Below, piece after piece: positions 1-10,663 of a DNA stretch of 64,000 bases. A program made the position numbers and the translations under genes. Source of the DNA: an uncultured delta proteobacterium. Lineage in GTDB: Bacteria > Desulfobacterota > WTBG01 > CAIYCZ01 > CAIRTM01. The notes under the pieces were generated by a model, which had not been told where the DNA came from, searched no databases, and was given only the letters and a program-made list of their open reading frames with translations. Position 1 is the stretch's first letter. Each line of letters starts with the position of its first letter. Location of the stretch: the NCBI GenBank assembly GCA_963804955.1, contig CAWDSQ010000001.1:103178-167177 (forward strand), in the 5' to 3' direction.

Positions 1-648
1 GATCGCTCGCCCGCCGTGCTCATGACCACAAAGGGGATTGCGGCCCATTCAGGCTTCGTTTTCAGGGCGGAACACAGCTCGTAGCCGTCCATTTCAGGCA
101 TGGTGATGTCGCTGATAATAAGGTCGGGCCTGTGCAGCCTGAGCTGCTCGAGAGCTTTGAAGCCGTTTTCTGCGGTGATGACATTAAACCCGGCCCGGGC
201 AAGTCCTTCGCGGGCAATAGTGCGGATGAGCCGTGAATCATCAACGACAAGAACCATGCGGTCGCGCAGGAAAAAAGAACGGTTGAGCTCGTCGTCAATA
301 TGCCGCAGCAGCTCCTGCCTCGAAACACTTTTCTATATCCTCTTCCGTGTCATGGGAGCTGACAATAATAACGGGTGTTGATTTGGTTGCAGGGCTCGAC
401 TTCAGCTGTCTGCACAGCTCAAAGCCGTCGAGGCCGGGCAGCGTGATATCGGTTATGATGAGATCGAAGCGCTGTTGCGCGGCAATGTCGAGCCCTGTCG
501 TGCCATCCTCTGCTTCCGTGACCGCTAGACCCAGTTTTTGCAGCTCGCGGGACAGGCCCTGCCGTATGGTGAGGCTGTCGTCAATAACAAGAACCCTGAC
601 GTCGGGATCAGGGCTTCCGACCTTGTCTACGATGTCCAGTGAGGTCAT
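1..648 (-). CDS. Multi-domain response regulator with tandem REC domains; frameshifted near 295-330 and running off the left edge
   Basis: First REC in ORF 295-750 (VLVIDDS...FDLIITDITLPGLDGFELC...PVIIVS). A second REC reads in another frame at 1-255 (VLVVDDSRLIR...PDLIISDITMPEMDGYELC). Start taken at ATG 648. Confidence 0.8.
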
Positions 649-899
649 AGAGAAAAGCCTGTGCCGGGTGGATACATGCCCGATAAGTATAGTGCTAATA
701 AAACGGGGAATCAAGGAGCATTTTGCCGTGAGGCTTGCCGGCGCATGCATGCACGCGCCGGCTGCAGGTTTGCGTTGCGCAAGAACCGTGCTCTGTGGAC
801 ATATGTCCGGATCGCGCTTTTTACAAACAATAAATCTTGACCCCTGTATTGTTTTCCGGCTATAGTTTTTTAAACTACATCAGCTACGGAGCCTTGCGC

Positions 900-1565
900 A
901 TGCCAGCACGGGCAGCCTCCTTAAAAGAACGTACGGACCGCGCCGCAAAAATCGTGGCGCGTCTGCGCTTGCACTATCCCCACAGCAGGTCATCCCTTGA
1001 CTCCACAACGCCCCTTGAACTGCTTGTGGCAACGATGCTTTCTGCGCAGTGCACCGACAAGAAGGTCAACGAAGTAACCAAACCCCTGTTTAAAAAATAC
1101 CGCAGCGCCCGTGATTTTGCCTGCGCCCGGCAGACAGTGCTTGAGCAGGAAGTGCATCAGACCGGTTTTTTCCGCATGAAAGCAAAAAACATCATCGCGG
1201 CGGCGCAGCGCCTGTGCAGCGTGTATGGCGGCACGGTGCCCGACACCATGGCGGATCTGGTCAGTCTGCCCGGCGTGGCGCGCAAAACAGCCAATATTGT
1301 TCTTTCAAGCGCTTTCAATAAAGCCGAAGGCATAGCAGTCGACGTGCATGTCAAGCGTCTGGCAGGCAGGCTCGGCCTGAGCGCCCAGAGCAATACCGAT
1401 AAAATCGAGCAGGACCTCATGGCGCTGCTGCCCCGTCACGACTGGATAGATTTTAATTATCTGATTGTTGATCATGGCCGCGCCGTGTGCATGGCGCGCA
1501 AGCCGAACTGCGCTGCATGCGTGCTGCGCGACATATGCCCGTCGGCAGGCATGTTTCAGTCTTGA
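900..1565 (+). CDS. nth: Endonuclease III
   Basis: LLVATMLSAQCTDKKVN, HhH motif LPGVARKTAN, AVDVHV, and C-terminal [4Fe-4S] motif CMARKPNCAACVLRDIC. Confidence 0.95.
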   Translation: MPARAASLKERTDRAAKIVARLRLHYPHSRSSLDSTTPLELLVATMLSAQCTDKKVNEVTKPLFKKYRSARDFACARQTVLEQEVHQTGFFRMKAKNIIAAAQRLCSVYGGTVPDTMADLVSLPGVARKTANIVLSSAFNKAEGIAVDVHVKRLAGRLGLSAQSNTDKIEQDLMALLPRHDWIDFNYLIVDHGRAVCMARKPNCAACVLRDICPSAGMFQS

Positions 1566-1708
1566 GCGTCAGTTGAGCGCAGCGGGCACTATGTAAAAAA
1601 ATAATAGATTTCCGTATGGTTTTAGTAAATAATAGCACGCAATATAGAGGCATACCGGTCTATACACGTATGCTACGCAAGTAAAAACCCGAGACGGGGG
1701 AGCATCTC

Positions 1709-2884
1709 ATGTACTGTGAAAATTGCCAGCTTGAAATTAAAGAACAGGAAGAAAAGCAGTGTCCTCTCTGCGGCGGTCCGCTCAGCGAATCAGCTGAGGC
1801 AGGAACTGTGCCCGACATCACTGCCGGCATTGATTTTGAATCGCTCATGCAGGATGATGGACCCGCATTTGTTCTAGACGATGAAGACGAGAGCGAAGAG
1901 CCTGCGGCCAAGGCAGCGCCGGTGCCGTACAGCCTCGAAACAAACGTGAAGGAGCAGGATGCCAGTGCTGTTGATTTAGCGCAGACATCGGGCACCATAG
2001 CTTTTTCCGATGATTCATCAGCCGATATGCTTGACCAGGTTCTTCAGGAATATGATCCCCTGGTTGACGAGCATTTTAAGGTGAAAAAAGCCGGCTCAAA
2101 ATCCACGACTACCCTGCTGCTGCTCCTGCTGCTTGTCTGCGCGCTTGGCGGGGGGGCATATTACTTTGTAATGATGCAGGAGCAGGAGGACCCAGCGCCT
2201 GCCGTGCCGGTGCGGATTGCCCAGGCACAAAAGAAGGATGCCGTGCTTGACAAAGTGCTGAGAAAGGAACCGCTGTCAGCCCGGCAGCAAGCCGCCGATA
2301 ATGCTACGCAGGCGGCCAAAAAGCCTGACGAGGCGCAGCCTGCGCAAACAGCGGAAAAAAAGATAGAGGCGCCCGTTATTGCCGAGCAGCAACCCGTTGA
2401 GCCGGCTGCTCCTTCAAAAATGCCTGAAAAGGCCGCGCTTCAGGACAAGCGTCAACCAGAAGCGGCCATGGGAAAAACAGTGCCGGCCCCTTCTGCGCCA
2501 CAGGCTGCAGTAGCCCCGGCCCCTCCAGCAGTACCGGCGCAGCGGCCTGCACCGGCGGCTAAGCCTGCTGCCGAAGAGGCAAAAAAATCGACAGAGCCTG
2601 CAGCTGCTCCAGTTGCAAAGCCGCAAGTCGCTGCCGCAGGTAAGCCGGTATTTTCTGTGCTTACCGGCTCCTTTCGCAGTCAGAGCAATGCTGAGGCTGA
2701 AGCGGGCAGGATTCGCAAACTCGGTTTAGATGCCCGTACGGTACAGGTTGATCTTAAGGGAAAAGGCCAATGGCACCGCGTGCTCATCGGCTCATGGACG
2801 CGCCGCGCCGAGGCTCTGCAGGCGGTCAATGATGTGCGTCGCAAGACTGGCAAAAAGGATGCAAGCGTCATTGCAGCTGAATAA
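1709..2884 (+). CDS. Bitopic SPOR-domain protein with N-terminal zinc ribbon
   Basis: CENC...CPLC N-terminus, acidic linker, one TM helix, Pro/Ala-rich spacer, C-terminal SPOR (FSVLTGSFRSQSNAE...WHRVLIG). Confidence 0.8.
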   Translation: MYCENCQLEIKEQEEKQCPLCGGPLSESAEAGTVPDITAGIDFESLMQDDGPAFVLDDEDESEEPAAKAAPVPYSLETNVKEQDASAVDLAQTSGTIAFSDDSSADMLDQVLQEYDPLVDEHFKVKKAGSKSTTTLLLLLLLVCALGGGAYYFVMMQEQEDPAPAVPVRIAQAQKKDAVLDKVLRKEPLSARQQAADNATQAAKKPDEAQPAQTAEKKIEAPVIAEQQPVEPAAPSKMPEKAALQDKRQPEAAMGKTVPAPSAPQAAVAPAPPAVPAQRPAPAAKPAAEEAKKSTEPAAAPVAKPQVAAAGKPVFSVLTGSFRSQSNAEAEAGRIRKLGLDARTVQVDLKGKGQWHRVLIGSWTRRAEALQAVNDVRRKTGKKDASVIAAE

Positions 2885-2946
2885 ATCAGTTTGAGCAGGC
2901 AGGCGCAGGCCGATGGCAGGCAAGGAGCGGAAACAGCTGATCCTTT

Positions 2947-4026
2947 TCAGCTGCCGATGACCTGCAATGACTTGTCTGTTCTGGTGAGGATTTCACAGCC
3001 CTTTGCCGTCACCACGGCCGTATCCTCGATGCGCACCCCGCCCCAGCCCGGCAGATAGATGCCCGGCTCTATCGTTACAACCATGCCTTTCCGGGCAGTG
3101 CTTTTTGAGCGTGCAGACACGGCAGGCGGCTCATGCACGCACAGCCCGAGCCCGTGACCCGTGCCATGGCTGAAGCGCTTGCCCAGGCCATGCTCAGCAA
3201 TGCAGGAGCGGGCCGCAGCATCAACCTCTCTCAAAAGCTTGCCCGGAGCCAGCGCCGCAAGCGCCCGGTCATGAGCCGTTTTTACCGTATCGTAGATGCG
3301 CCGCTGCTTTTTGGTCGGCTCGTCCAGCACGAATGTGCAGGTTTCATCCGAGCAGTAGCCCTCATAGACAACGCCGTAATCGATAATTAATAATTCACCG
3401 CCTGCCAAAGATTTTGCCGAAGCCGTGCCATGGGGCATGGCTGAGCGAACTCCCGATGCCACGATTGTTGGAAAAGCGGCCGCGGCCCCGCCTTTTTTGC
3501 GCATGCGGTATTCAAGCTCTGCGGCAATATCAAGCTCGCTCATGCCGATTGTAATGCAGGGCAGCGTTTCCGCAAGGCTTGCAGCGGCAATCGCTGCTGC
3601 ACGGGCTAAAAGCTTTATCTCGCCTGCATCTTTGATCATGCGCACATCGTCAAAGGCGTTGGAACGGTCAACAAGCCTGACCCCGCCAAGAGCTTTCTCC
3701 ATCTCCCGCATCTGTGCTACGGTTATCTGCCGTGAGTCAAAGCCGAGTGTGCCCGCGCCGCACTTTTTTACCAGCCGGGCCAGCTCTTTGATTTTATCTT
3801 TAAAGGTAATAATACGGCCAGCATGAACCTGCTCGTCTGCCTGCACTGTATAGCGGCCGTCCGTGAGGAAAAAACTGCTGTCGCCGGCAAGCAGCAGCGT
3901 GCCTTCCGTGCCGGTAAACCCGCACAGATACCGGACATTTTCCGGATTTGTAATCAGCACGCCCTGCACAGCGCCGCCGGCAAGTTTTCGCAGCTTCTGC
4001 ATTCTTTTTTCAAACAATCGACTCAT
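2947..4026 (-). CDS. Xaa-Pro aminopeptidase (M24 family)
   Basis: NVRYLCGFTG creatinase N-domain; metal ligands in IDYG, SDETCT, HGTGHGLGLCVHE, TIEPGIY, GVRIED. Confidence 0.93.
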   Translation of the reverse strand: MSRLFEKRMQKLRKLAGGAVQGVLITNPENVRYLCGFTGTEGTLLLAGDSSFFLTDGRYTVQADEQVHAGRIITFKDKIKELARLVKKCGAGTLGFDSRQITVAQMREMEKALGGVRLVDRSNAFDDVRMIKDAGEIKLLARAAAIAAASLAETLPCITIGMSELDIAAELEYRMRKKGGAAAAFPTIVASGVRSAMPHGTASAKSLAGGELLIIDYGVVYEGYCSDETCTFVLDEPTKKQRRIYDTVKTAHDRALAALAPGKLLREVDAAARSCIAEHGLGKRFSHGTGHGLGLCVHEPPAVSARSKSTARKGMVVTIEPGIYLPGWGGVRIEDTAVVTAKGCEILTRTDKSLQVIGS

Positions 4027-4092
4027 GACACTCACCACCTGATATAAGCGTAACCAACCGGAAAAAGATGCTTTTTACCCCGGATTTTTCTA

Positions 4093-4121
4093 TTGACAAT
4101 TGACCATGGTAAACGTACAGT
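4093..4121 (+). promoter_or_regulatory. Putative sigma70 promoter for the SnoaL-like gene
   Basis: TTGACA-17 nt-TACAGT about 80 nt upstream of ATG 4201. Confidence 0.45.
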
Positions 4122-4200
4122 GATGCTTTGTATACTAACAAAAGGACTGTGCTTTAGTCTATATCATATAACATACACCTAAGCAAAAGGAGAGCAGAAC

Positions 4201-4674
4201 ATGGCAGATCTTGAAAGACGCGTACAAATCCTCGAAGACATCGAAGCAATCAAGTACCTCAAGGCTGAATATGCCGATGCTTGCGACGATATGTATAACC
4301 CCAAACGCATGCCGGGCCTTTTTACCAAAGATGCCGTCTGGGACGGTGAAAAAGAAGGTTTCGGATTGTACACAGGTATTGATGAAGTCTGCAAATTTTT
4401 TGATGGCGCAAAAGATACCCTGAAGTTCGGCGTTCACTGGTTTTTGCAGCCCCGCATCAAAATTCTGAGCGAGAACGAGGCCGAAGGCGTCTGGTATCTC
4501 TGGCAGACCAGCACCATGGGCAACGGCAAGGACATTTTTCTGGCCGGTCAGGAGTTCGATAAATATCGCAAGGAAGACGGTAAATGGAAAATGAGCCGTA
4601 TGGAACTGAAACTTTTTTATGCCGCTGACATCAAGCAGGGCTGGAAGGACGACAAACTTTGCGGTCTTAAGTAA
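4201..4674 (+). CDS. SnoaL-like/NTF2-fold protein (BaiE/LinA-like family)
   Basis: LERRVQILEDIEAIKYLKAEYADACD start, LFTKDAVWD, DKYRKEDGKWKM; good RBS (AAGGAG). Confidence 0.8.
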   Translation: MADLERRVQILEDIEAIKYLKAEYADACDDMYNPKRMPGLFTKDAVWDGEKEGFGLYTGIDEVCKFFDGAKDTLKFGVHWFLQPRIKILSENEAEGVWYLWQTSTMGNGKDIFLAGQEFDKYRKEDGKWKMSRMELKLFYAADIKQGWKDDKLCGLK

Positions 4675-4949
4675 TAAGCAGAACCCTACACAATATATTG
4701 TGGTTATTTCAAAGTCCGAAGCATGGATAGATATGCTTCGGACTTTTTTTTGTTTTCGTAGCATCGCTGTAAATAACTGTATAAACTTTATTTTTCTAGC
4801 CAATGCGGTTTATTTGCAACTTTATGCAGGAAAAAAGCATAAAAACAACAAATACTGTATATAGAATTGGAATGACTCGATAATTGAGCGTGTTAATAGA
4901 CTTTGTTGAGGCTGGTTGTAAGAAAAATGCATTAACATGTCTTTTTTAC

Positions 4950-4977
4950 TTGAATTTTTCTTTTATGAAACTATAAT
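4950..4977 (+). promoter_or_regulatory. Putative sigma70 promoter upstream of fliA
   Basis: TTGAAT-16 nt-TATAAT in an AT-rich intergenic region. Confidence 0.4.
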
Positions 4978-5073
4978 TTAATACAAAGAAGGATCAGTAT
5001 CCCGTCCGGGATTAATAACCTAAGCATTTACCAGGTGTGTTTCAGTTTAATTAAACTTCGAGGGAATTCTGAT

Positions 5074-5958
5074 ATGCTAAAAGCTGGTTTAGCAACAAAA
5101 GTCGCTGAAAGCGACCTGTGCATGGCCGACGAGCAGATTCAGCAGAAAAAAAAGGGGAAAATTCTACCCAAGCATGCGTCGCTTATAAAGCATAACATGT
5201 CCCAGCTCAAATCGCATGCTCATGCGAAGAAAGCCGGCGCACATGCTCAGCAAAGCGATAAAGAGGAGATTTTTGGAAGATACGAAAAACTTATCAGGTA
5301 TATTGCAAGCCGCATCGCATCCCGCCTTCCCCGGCATATAGAGATTCACGATATGATCAATTCCGGCGTGCTGGGGCTTTTAGACGCTATTGAAAAATTT
5401 GATACTGCCAAGGGGGTCAAATTTGAAACCTATGCAGAATACCGCATCAAGGGAGCAATGCTTGACAGCCTGCGCGCCATGGACTGGGTGCCCCGGTCGA
5501 TTCGAAAGGTTGCAAGCATGCTTGAAACCACGAGCTCTGATTTAGAAAAAAAGTTGGGCAGGCCCGCTACCAACGAGGAGGTTGCAAAAGCCATGGATGT
5601 GGGAGCTGAGCGGTTCTATAAAATAATGAACCGGATTTCTCATATATCCACAATAAGCCTTGAACAGGACCCGCACAACTCCAACTCACCGCATTCGCTG
5701 CTTGACCGCATCGTGGATGAGGCCCATTTAAAGCCGTCAGACAGGCTTGACAATGAAGAGCTCAACGGCATGATTTCCGGCAATATCGAGCGCCTTCCCG
5801 AAAAGGAGCGCACGGTCATTTCTCTCTATTATTTTAATGAATTAACCATGAAAGAGATTGGCCGACGCCTTAAGCTCACGGAATCGAGGGTATCCCAGAT
5901 TCACACCAAAGCGGTGGGGCGGCTTCGCGGTAAGCTGCGCAAGCAGAACTACTGTTGA
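5074..5958 (+). CDS. fliA: FliA/WhiG-family sigma-28 factor
   Basis: GVLGLLDAIEKFD...KFETYAEYRIKGAMLDSLRAMDWVPRS; region 4 LTMKEIG...LTESRVSQIH. Start uncertain (5074 or 5122). Confidence 0.9.
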   Translation: MLKAGLATKVAESDLCMADEQIQQKKKGKILPKHASLIKHNMSQLKSHAHAKKAGAHAQQSDKEEIFGRYEKLIRYIASRIASRLPRHIEIHDMINSGVLGLLDAIEKFDTAKGVKFETYAEYRIKGAMLDSLRAMDWVPRSIRKVASMLETTSSDLEKKLGRPATNEEVAKAMDVGAERFYKIMNRISHISTISLEQDPHNSNSPHSLLDRIVDEAHLKPSDRLDNEELNGMISGNIERLPEKERTVISLYYFNELTMKEIGRRLKLTESRVSQIHTKAVGRLRGKLRKQNYC

Positions 5959-5976
5959 CCAAGACTGCGCTTGAAT

Positions 5977-6459
5977 ATGCCTATTTACGAATTTTACTGC
6001 TCACCCTGCCATACCATCTTCAGCTTTTTTTCGAAAACCATTAATACGACCGCAACTCCCGACTGCCCGAAATGCGGCAGAGCAATCCAGCGGCAGGTAT
6101 CGCTGTTTGCCTGCATTGACCGGTCCCGCGGGGACTCGGGAGGGGATGATTTTCCCATCGACGAAAGCAGGCTGGAGGGGGCCATGACGCGGCTATCGTC
6201 CGAGGCCGACAAGCTCAATGAGAATGATCCGCGACAGGCCGCGAGGCTCATGCGCATGTTCTCGGGCATGACCGGCGTCAAACTGGGCGACGGCATGCAG
6301 GAGGCTCTGAACAGACTCGAGTCGGGAGAGGACCCTGACGCCATAGAGTCGGAGATGGGAGATGTTTTGCAAAATGAGGATCCGTTTCAGCCCGGCCAGA
6401 CAAGGCCACGCGGCAAAAAAAGTGCGCCTTTGAGGGATGACACGCTGTATGACTTTTAA
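5977..6459 (+). CDS. FmdB-family zinc-ribbon protein
   Basis: MPIYEFYCSPC...CPKCG; C-terminal DPRQAARLMR...RLESGEDP. Confidence 0.8.
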   Translation: MPIYEFYCSPCHTIFSFFSKTINTTATPDCPKCGRAIQRQVSLFACIDRSRGDSGGDDFPIDESRLEGAMTRLSSEADKLNENDPRQAARLMRMFSGMTGVKLGDGMQEALNRLESGEDPDAIESEMGDVLQNEDPFQPGQTRPRGKKSAPLRDDTLYDF

Positions 6460-6711
6460 CCGGATTTTTTCTGTTTCTGCATAAGCCCGCAGCACGTGAG
6501 CCTTTTTTTGTCGTGGAACTATGAGAAGGCCGCGGCATCTCCACCTCTTTCCGAACAGGTATACCTCTTTGCAATGCACCGGATTTAAGCCTTTCTGCAT
6601 GCCGCCCGCGCATTGATTCCCCAATACGATACTCGTTCTTTTCTTGCAATCATGCTGTGAAGCTATAATAATATAGAAGAGCACGCACGCCACCACGCAG
6701 CAGAGGCAGCT

Positions 6712-7233
6712 ATGACAGACCTGAAATACCGCTTTTCATGGGACCTTCTGGGAAACATAGAGCTTGGGAGGCCGAATCTCGGGCCGACAACCCGGCTTGA
6801 GGTATACCGCCTCATGCAATTCACCCTGCGCGATGTCCTTGAAAAAGAGTTTGGAACGGAAAAAGCTGACGGGCTGTTTCGCGAGGCCGGCTATCTTGCG
6901 GGAATGGAATTTTACCGGCACATGCTGGGCGAGGCCACAGAATTCGGAGACTTTACAAAAAAGCTTCAGGAAGTATTAAAGGAGATGCAGATAGGTGTTT
7001 TGCGCATCGAAAAAGCTGACCTGACAGAAGGCAAAATCATACTGACCATTTCCGAAGATCTGGACTGCTCCGGGCTGCCTGAAATGGGTTATGAAATATG
7101 CGTGTATGATGAGGGCTTTATTGCCGCGCTTCTGGAAAGTTTCAGCGGTCAAAAATTTGAAGTGCAGGAAGTCGACTGCTGGTGCACCGGAGATAGAACA
7201 TGCCGCTTCACCGCAACCATGCTCAGGGAATGA
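6712..7233 (+). CDS. V4R (4-vinyl reductase) domain protein
   Basis: GRPNLG, EDLDCSGLP, ICVYDEGFIA, EVDCWCTGDRTCRF. Confidence 0.85.
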   Translation: MTDLKYRFSWDLLGNIELGRPNLGPTTRLEVYRLMQFTLRDVLEKEFGTEKADGLFREAGYLAGMEFYRHMLGEATEFGDFTKKLQEVLKEMQIGVLRIEKADLTEGKIILTISEDLDCSGLPEMGYEICVYDEGFIAALLESFSGQKFEVQEVDCWCTGDRTCRFTATMLRE

Positions 7234-8215
7234 CGGCTGTGCAGACCGAAGAGATTGACACAATACTTAAACTGCTGCAGGACAGCATCTATGCACGCAC
7301 GCTGCCCGCAACCCTGCCCGAGCCGTTTAACAGCAATCCCGCGCTCAAGCAGTTTTACAGCGATATTGTTGAGCTCAGGGATTTTATACTGGCGATTGCC
7401 CAGGGGGATTTTTCAAGCTCGCCCGGCATTAAGGGGTATCTGGCCGGCGCGTTGAAAACGCTCCAGGCAGGGCTTAAGCATCTCACCTGGCAGACCAAGA
7501 TGATTGCACAGGGGGATTTTTCCCATCGGGTGGATTTTATGGGAGAGTTTTCCGAAGCCTTCAATGCAATGGTTGACCGGCTCGATGCTTCGGTGCGGGA
7601 GCTCAACCGGACCAATCAGGATCTGCTGCGCGAAATAGAGGAACGGAAAAAAACCGAGGCCGCCCTGCGGGAAAGCGAAGAAAAATATAAACAGCTTTCA
7701 ATAACCGATCCGCTGACGGGGCTGTTCAACCGCCGGCATTTCTATGAGCTGGCCGCTACGGAGTTTGACCGGTCAAGCCGGCACCTGCGGCGGATTGCCC
7801 TCATCATATATGACCTTGACAGCTTCAAAGACATAAATGACACCTTCGGGCATGTGGCGGGTGATGCTGCGCTGAAGCATATAGCGGTGCTGTCAGGCAA
7901 CGAGGTTCGGAAAATCGATATTCTGGCCCGTTACGGCGGCGAAGAATTTATCTGTCTGCTGCCGGAAACCGGCCTGCAGAAAGCAGCGCTTGTGGCGGAA
8001 CGCATGCGGCATGCAATTGAATCACATCCGCTGCAGCAGCAGGGGCAGGCAATCGCCGTGACGGCAAGCTTCGGCGTGGCTGCTGTTGAAAAAATCATAG
8101 ATGCCAGGAATCATATATGAGCCATATTCAGGGCATCATCAAACAGGCTGATGAGGCCCTGTACCAGGCAAAAGGCTTAGGTAAAAACCGGGTTGTTGCA
8201 GCCCCTGCGGAGTGA
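7230..8215 (+). CDS. Diguanylate cyclase (HAMP-like plus GGEEF); frameshift near 8115
   Basis: TDPLTGLFNRR, FKDINDTFGH, ARYGGEEF. The tail IIKQADEALYQAKGLGKNRV continues in another frame to TGA 8215. ATGA overlap with the V4R stop. Confidence 0.9.
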
Positions 8216-8443
8216 TCGGGGAGCCGGACAAAGTGTTCAGAAAAAAGCGCGAGATCCGGGAAGACAGCTGGTACATGGACAAAGCTCCAGCAAAAGAGTG
8301 GCTATACAAATCCCCGTTTAGCAAATGCGGATGAAACAGGCCTCTGTTGCGCATGGCGCATGCTATATATCAACGATGTACGTGCAGGGAAGATTATTTA
8401 AACAGAGACTAGCAGACATATAACGAAGCGAAGAAGGCACTGC

Positions 8444-8959
8444 ATGGAAAATAAAATCAAAGCACTAACCGTGGCTCTGGAAAATGAATTGAACGAGCGA
8501 GACTTCTATCTGGCCCAGAGCGAGAAAACCGACAACCCGGTCGGAAAGAAGATGTTTCTGCAGATCGCTGCCGAAGAGGATGAGCATTACCGCCGCCTGC
8601 AGAGCATTCATCAGGAGCTTTCCCGGCAGGGCAAATGGCCCGACACGGTTGCAAACAGTGTCGGCACATCAAACATTCGTGCAACGTTCAAAAAAATTGC
8701 CGGCCTGGCGAAAAAAACGCCGGCGGCCAGCCGCGATGATATTGATGCGCTGAATATAGCCATACAGTTCGAGACAAAGGCTCACAGCTTCTACACAACC
8801 CTCTGCAATGCTGCTGAATCCGGGGCTGAAAAGGAGTTTTTTAAACTTCTTGCCTCAGTTGAATGGGAGCATCTTCTGACATTAAAGGAGTCCCTGCTTT
8901 TTTTTGAAAGCCCGGAAGACTGGTTTGCAGAACATGAAAAATCACAGCTGGAAGGGTGA
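8444..8959 (+). CDS. Rubrerythrin/ferritin-like diiron protein
   Basis: Two E..ExxH repeats (ALENE...EEDEH; AIQFE...VEWEH). Confidence 0.85.
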   Translation: MENKIKALTVALENELNERDFYLAQSEKTDNPVGKKMFLQIAAEEDEHYRRLQSIHQELSRQGKWPDTVANSVGTSNIRATFKKIAGLAKKTPAASRDDIDALNIAIQFETKAHSFYTTLCNAAESGAEKEFFKLLASVEWEHLLTLKESLLFFESPEDWFAEHEKSQLEG

Positions 8960-9450
8960 CAGGCAAACTGAGTGATGCATAGAAACTCGCTTGGAGATGG
9001 GCAAACTTGTGTGTCAACACTAAGTTTGTCGCAAGATATGGGCACGGCTGGCTGGGCAAAAACGCGCTTTTGCAGCACCCACAGCCCTCCATGGCTGCTT
9101 TTGTGCGCAGCACAAGCGTTTCGCAGGGCTTAAAATTTTAAGCACCTGCAATCAAATATAGGTTTCAAAGGGGTAATCGGGATAGCCGGAGTCATATTGC
9201 AGCCGGCGCAGCGCCGGGCAGGCAAGTGCCGCAGCTCGGCGGTCGTTGTTATCGATCGGAACGTTCCCTGACCCGGGTGAATGTGCCCTCCCCTCTGAGC
9301 TATCGCGGTATTCCAGAAAAACTCCGGTCCTCTGCGGGGCAAGCTTGGGCGCAACCCCCAGGCAAAAAGGCCTTTTTTTTGCCCGCCAGCTGTGATACGC
9401 TGCAACCGCTGTCATTATTAACGTCCAACATAACACTCGGAGGGTAGAAT

Positions 9451-10577
9451 ATGAGAAATTTTTTACTGATATGCGCGGCTGTTATTTTGTCCTTCGGGGC
9501 ATCTGCCTGTAAAAAAGCCCCTTTTTACGTTTCCTCAAATGATTTTAAAAAATCACTGCCCGACGCTGCCTATAATTCAAACGACAATAACTACTTTGTC
9601 TTTTGGGCCGCGGTCCCGAACGCCGACAGCACGGATACAAACACTTACATAATGGGCCAGAAGATTTCCCCCTTCGGAAAGCCGGCAGGCAAGCCGGTCG
9701 CGGTGCTAGAAACGGAGAATATTGTGGCCTTGCCGCATTCCCTGTATCTCCCGAACACGAACCAGTATATGGTCTTATATTGCATGTATGCGGGTGGCAT
9801 GAATGTTTACGGAGTTATTCTGGACGAAGACGGCAAGGCCATGGGGGATCATTTCCGCGTAACTGATACGGGGAACCAGTTCCATTTTACTATGGCCCTT
9901 GATACGGCAAAAAATCAGATTTTGGTAACCTACAATGACAGGCGGACCGGCTTCGGAAACATTTATGGCGTGATCCTTGACGAAACCGGCCAGGTAGTGA
10001 AAAACGAATTCGTCATCAGCGATGCCGCCGGCCACCAGGTGAACCCCGTAGCCTGCTACAATCCGGATAATGCCACGTACCTGACAACTGGGAAGACTTC
10101 CGGCAGCACGACAATATAACCGTCTATGAAACCCTGGAGGTCATGACCAATATCCAGGGCTCTCTGCTGGACGACAACGGCTCAATCCTGGTCGAAGACA
10201 TACCCATGTGCGTTGACGACAATGATACCGATGCCGACCAGCGCTTCAACGGCATAGCTTACAATCCGGACAAGAACGAGTTCCTGGTCACCTGGACCGA
10301 TACCCGCGAGAGCCAGCAGAATATCGGCATAAAAGGCCGGATTGTGAAAGCAGACGGCTCTATGCCCGGGGCTGACTTCACGGTTGTGGACGGCGCAGGC
10401 GCCCAGATGATTAGCCATGCCGCGTACGTGCCGAAAAATCAGCAGTACCTGATTGCTTTCGAATATGATGTCGATGACCTTGACGAGTTCTATTTCAAGG
10501 ACATCACGGCACAGTTGAATATCGGGGCCCAAATAGGGTTGAAATCAAAAGGCCTTTGGGATACACACTTACGATAG
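9451..10577 (+). CDS. Lipoprotein with about six beta-propeller-like repeats; frameshift near 10085, C-terminus apparently truncated
   Basis: Lipobox GASAC; repeats of the form AYNPxxNxYLVxW...NIYGxILDxxG. The frame [19 protein letters not shown] links into ORF 10143. Confidence 0.6.
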
Positions 10578-10663
10578 CGCCGGATCCTCTACGGTCTGCT
10601 ATGGCGGATCCGGGCTGCACATTGCAAATTCCTATTACCGGTCCTTCAAGGATGCATTCGACC

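Noticed and set aside
8118-8120. Selenocysteine read-through at other premature TGA stops (8120, 17040, 53893, 57630)
   Set aside because: In each case the conserved protein continues in a different frame, so these are indel artefacts rather than in-frame UGA.
8999-9040. c-di-GMP-I riboswitch (GGGCAAAC...CGCAAG)
   Set aside because: Only a simple hairpin; it lacks the GNRA tetraloop/receptor and second stem, and is over 400 nt from the next start.
9250-9400. 6S RNA or other known ncRNA
   Set aside because: Only a short chance-level similarity; I could not build the long rod structure by eye.
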